Below are positions 62,151 through 64,000 of a DNA stretch of 64,000 bases, piece by piece. The position numbers and the translations under genes are program-made. Origin of the DNA: Eledone cirrhosa (Eukaryota); assembly GCA_964016885.1 (NCBI GenBank), contig OZ024740.1:341062001-341126000 (forward strand), in the 5' to 3' direction. The notes beneath the pieces are model-generated. The model did no database searches, was not told where the DNA came from, and saw only the letters and a program-made list of their open reading frames with translations. Within the stretch, counting starts at the first letter, position 1, and each line of letters opens with the position of its first letter.

Positions 62151-62528
62151 CATTATATCATGATACCAGCATTAAAGAGATTGTCCTTTTCTCAACAAGA
62201 GTTATGTTGCCTCCATTCAATCGTAACCATTTTACAGAGTGTAGAGTGCATTTGGTTGTGGCCCCAACACTTGAGAAAAGCTCTTACATGCCAAGAGTCC
62301 TTTCCACTTTATCTTTTCAAAGCAAAACATGCCTGAGCGTGATTTGAAAGGGAGTGATGGCTAGGCAATTAAATGAGTAGAGAGTATAAATTGAGAGGAG
62401 GAAAGAATATTTAAAAAAAAGTCATCTGGGACATCATTGGTCACAAGCTTGTTGGATTATGGTTGACTTGAGAGTATACATTATCTATACCAAATCTTCA
62501 TCTTAACCACTACAAAATATCATAAGAA

Positions 62529-63632
62529 TCATCATCATCATCATCGTTTAACGTCCGTGTTCCACGCTTGCATGGGTTTGGACGGGGGTTTTCCCACTTG
62601 AGGCAAGAGTGATTGTCTTGCTCGCATAGGACTGTCTGGCGGGTTTTCTACAGCTGGATGCCCTTCCTAACACCAACCACATTTACAGTGTGGGGCTGGG
62701 AGGTTTTTACCGTGTTGCCTACACGGCCACATTACAGCGTGGACTGTGTGTTTTTTGTCGTGACACCTACACGATCTCATTTTGTTTCGGCCTGGATGTT
62801 GTGGCACCAACATAACTTTACATTGAAAGGGGCGGTGTGGATGGGGTGGGGGTGGTGGGACGGGGGTGTATTTTGTTAGAGATGCCTACTGACTGTAGTA
62901 GGTTTTACTTTGTATTTAGGTAAGGCAGGTCTTCTCTATTACTGAGTACCGCCAAAGGTCTCGGTCCAGTGACATTGTCTTGGAGAGGTGTAAGTGTGTG
63001 AGGTCGGAATTTATCAGCTCATCCCAGGTTTTTCTGGGTCTGCCTACTCCGTAGCTACCGTCTATCTTTATTGCCCTGCACTTTGTTATACAGCTGTCGT
63101 CTTTCATGCGCATCACGTGACCATACCAACGTAGCCTTCTCTCGAGTAAACAACATCTGATCCCTCTTATTTCTAATTTTTTCCTTAGTTCGCCTATGCT
63201 TTGCCGTTCACGTATGTTACTATTACACATCCAGCGGAGCATGCAGGCTTCGTTCCTCTCTAGTCTGCGTATATCCTCTGCACACAATGCCCAGGTCTCA
63301 CTGCCATGCAACATTGCTGTCCGTATGCAGGCATCATACAACCTGCCTTTCATTTTTAGGGAGAACCCTTTAGTGGCTAATAGTGGTATAAGCTCTCTGA
63401 ACTTTTTCCATCCAGTTCTGACTCTAGCTACTGTACTTTCAGAGCACCCTCCCCCACTGCTGATTTTGTCACCCAGGTAACGAAAGCTATCCACTATTTC
63501 TATAGAACCCTCTGCGCAATTGAAAGAGCTAGTATTTTGTGGGCACTTGCTGCTACTTATTGCACCAGAGCACCGGCCACATGTAAAATCTATGTTCTTA
63601 GTTAGCTTACCTGTGATCCCACTACATCTTTT
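62529..63632 (-). mobile_element. RTE LINE 3' portion (5'-truncated within the PHD-like finger) with complete 3' UTR and (TGA)n tail
   Basis: ORF 62916-63494 (FRYLG...LHGSETW...RRLRWYGHVMRM...GRPRKTW). 63206-63632 is nearly identical to 2-432. Confidence 0.93.
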
Positions 63633-64000
63633 ATTTTTTATCTGGACAATAAACTAGATAGAACATACTCTAACTGCTATATATATTACACACCTTACTT
63701 AGACTGAACAATAGTGTACTTAATGTTTCTTTTAACAGAGAAGGAAGATCAGTGCCTATGATACTTCTCAGGGACTCCAAGACTGTTGAAAAAGAGCAAA
63801 AAACAAAGCTAGAATGCTTACAACAGAGTAGACTCTGCTATAAGTACACAATGGTCAATTAAATATACCACTCAAGTATGATACAGTAGAATTTGGACTC
63901 AGAATGCAAAGAACTGAAACAAATACAGCAGGGCATCTCATCCAACACTAATAATTATACCAATCTATCACACAAGACTAAAACTGATGAAAAGGATGAA

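Overview
AT-rich, repeat-dominated animal genomic DNA. The repeat families and microsatellites resemble those of coleoid cephalopods such as Octopus; this is an inference. No multi-exon host gene is recognisable, only one or two candidate minus-strand micro-exons. The window holds two copies of an RTE-clade LINE whose ORF has a PHD-like C4HC3 finger after the RT core (1-2662, 62529-63632), several CR1/Jockey-group LINE copies, and a CRE-like restriction-endonuclease fragment. It also holds a non-autonomous Helitron with a PIF1 helicase remnant, piggyBac-type (TTAA) and hAT-type (8-bp TSD) MITEs, tRNA-derived SINEs and many RTE 3'-tail copies. A ~15-kb 53/54/59-bp satellite starts directly from an RTE (GAT)n tail and shows a ~2.9-kb higher-order duplication. 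The most interesting signal is non-coding: a ~1.1-kb inverted-repeat element (14077-15168) built from a ~430-440-bp monomer carrying a type I hammerhead ribozyme, with its inversion junction exactly at the predicted GUC cleavage site (retrozyme or Penelope-like). Further degenerate hammerheads and small hairpins made from hammerhead 3' halves are scattered through the window. All calls were made by eye; no searches or folding programs were run.
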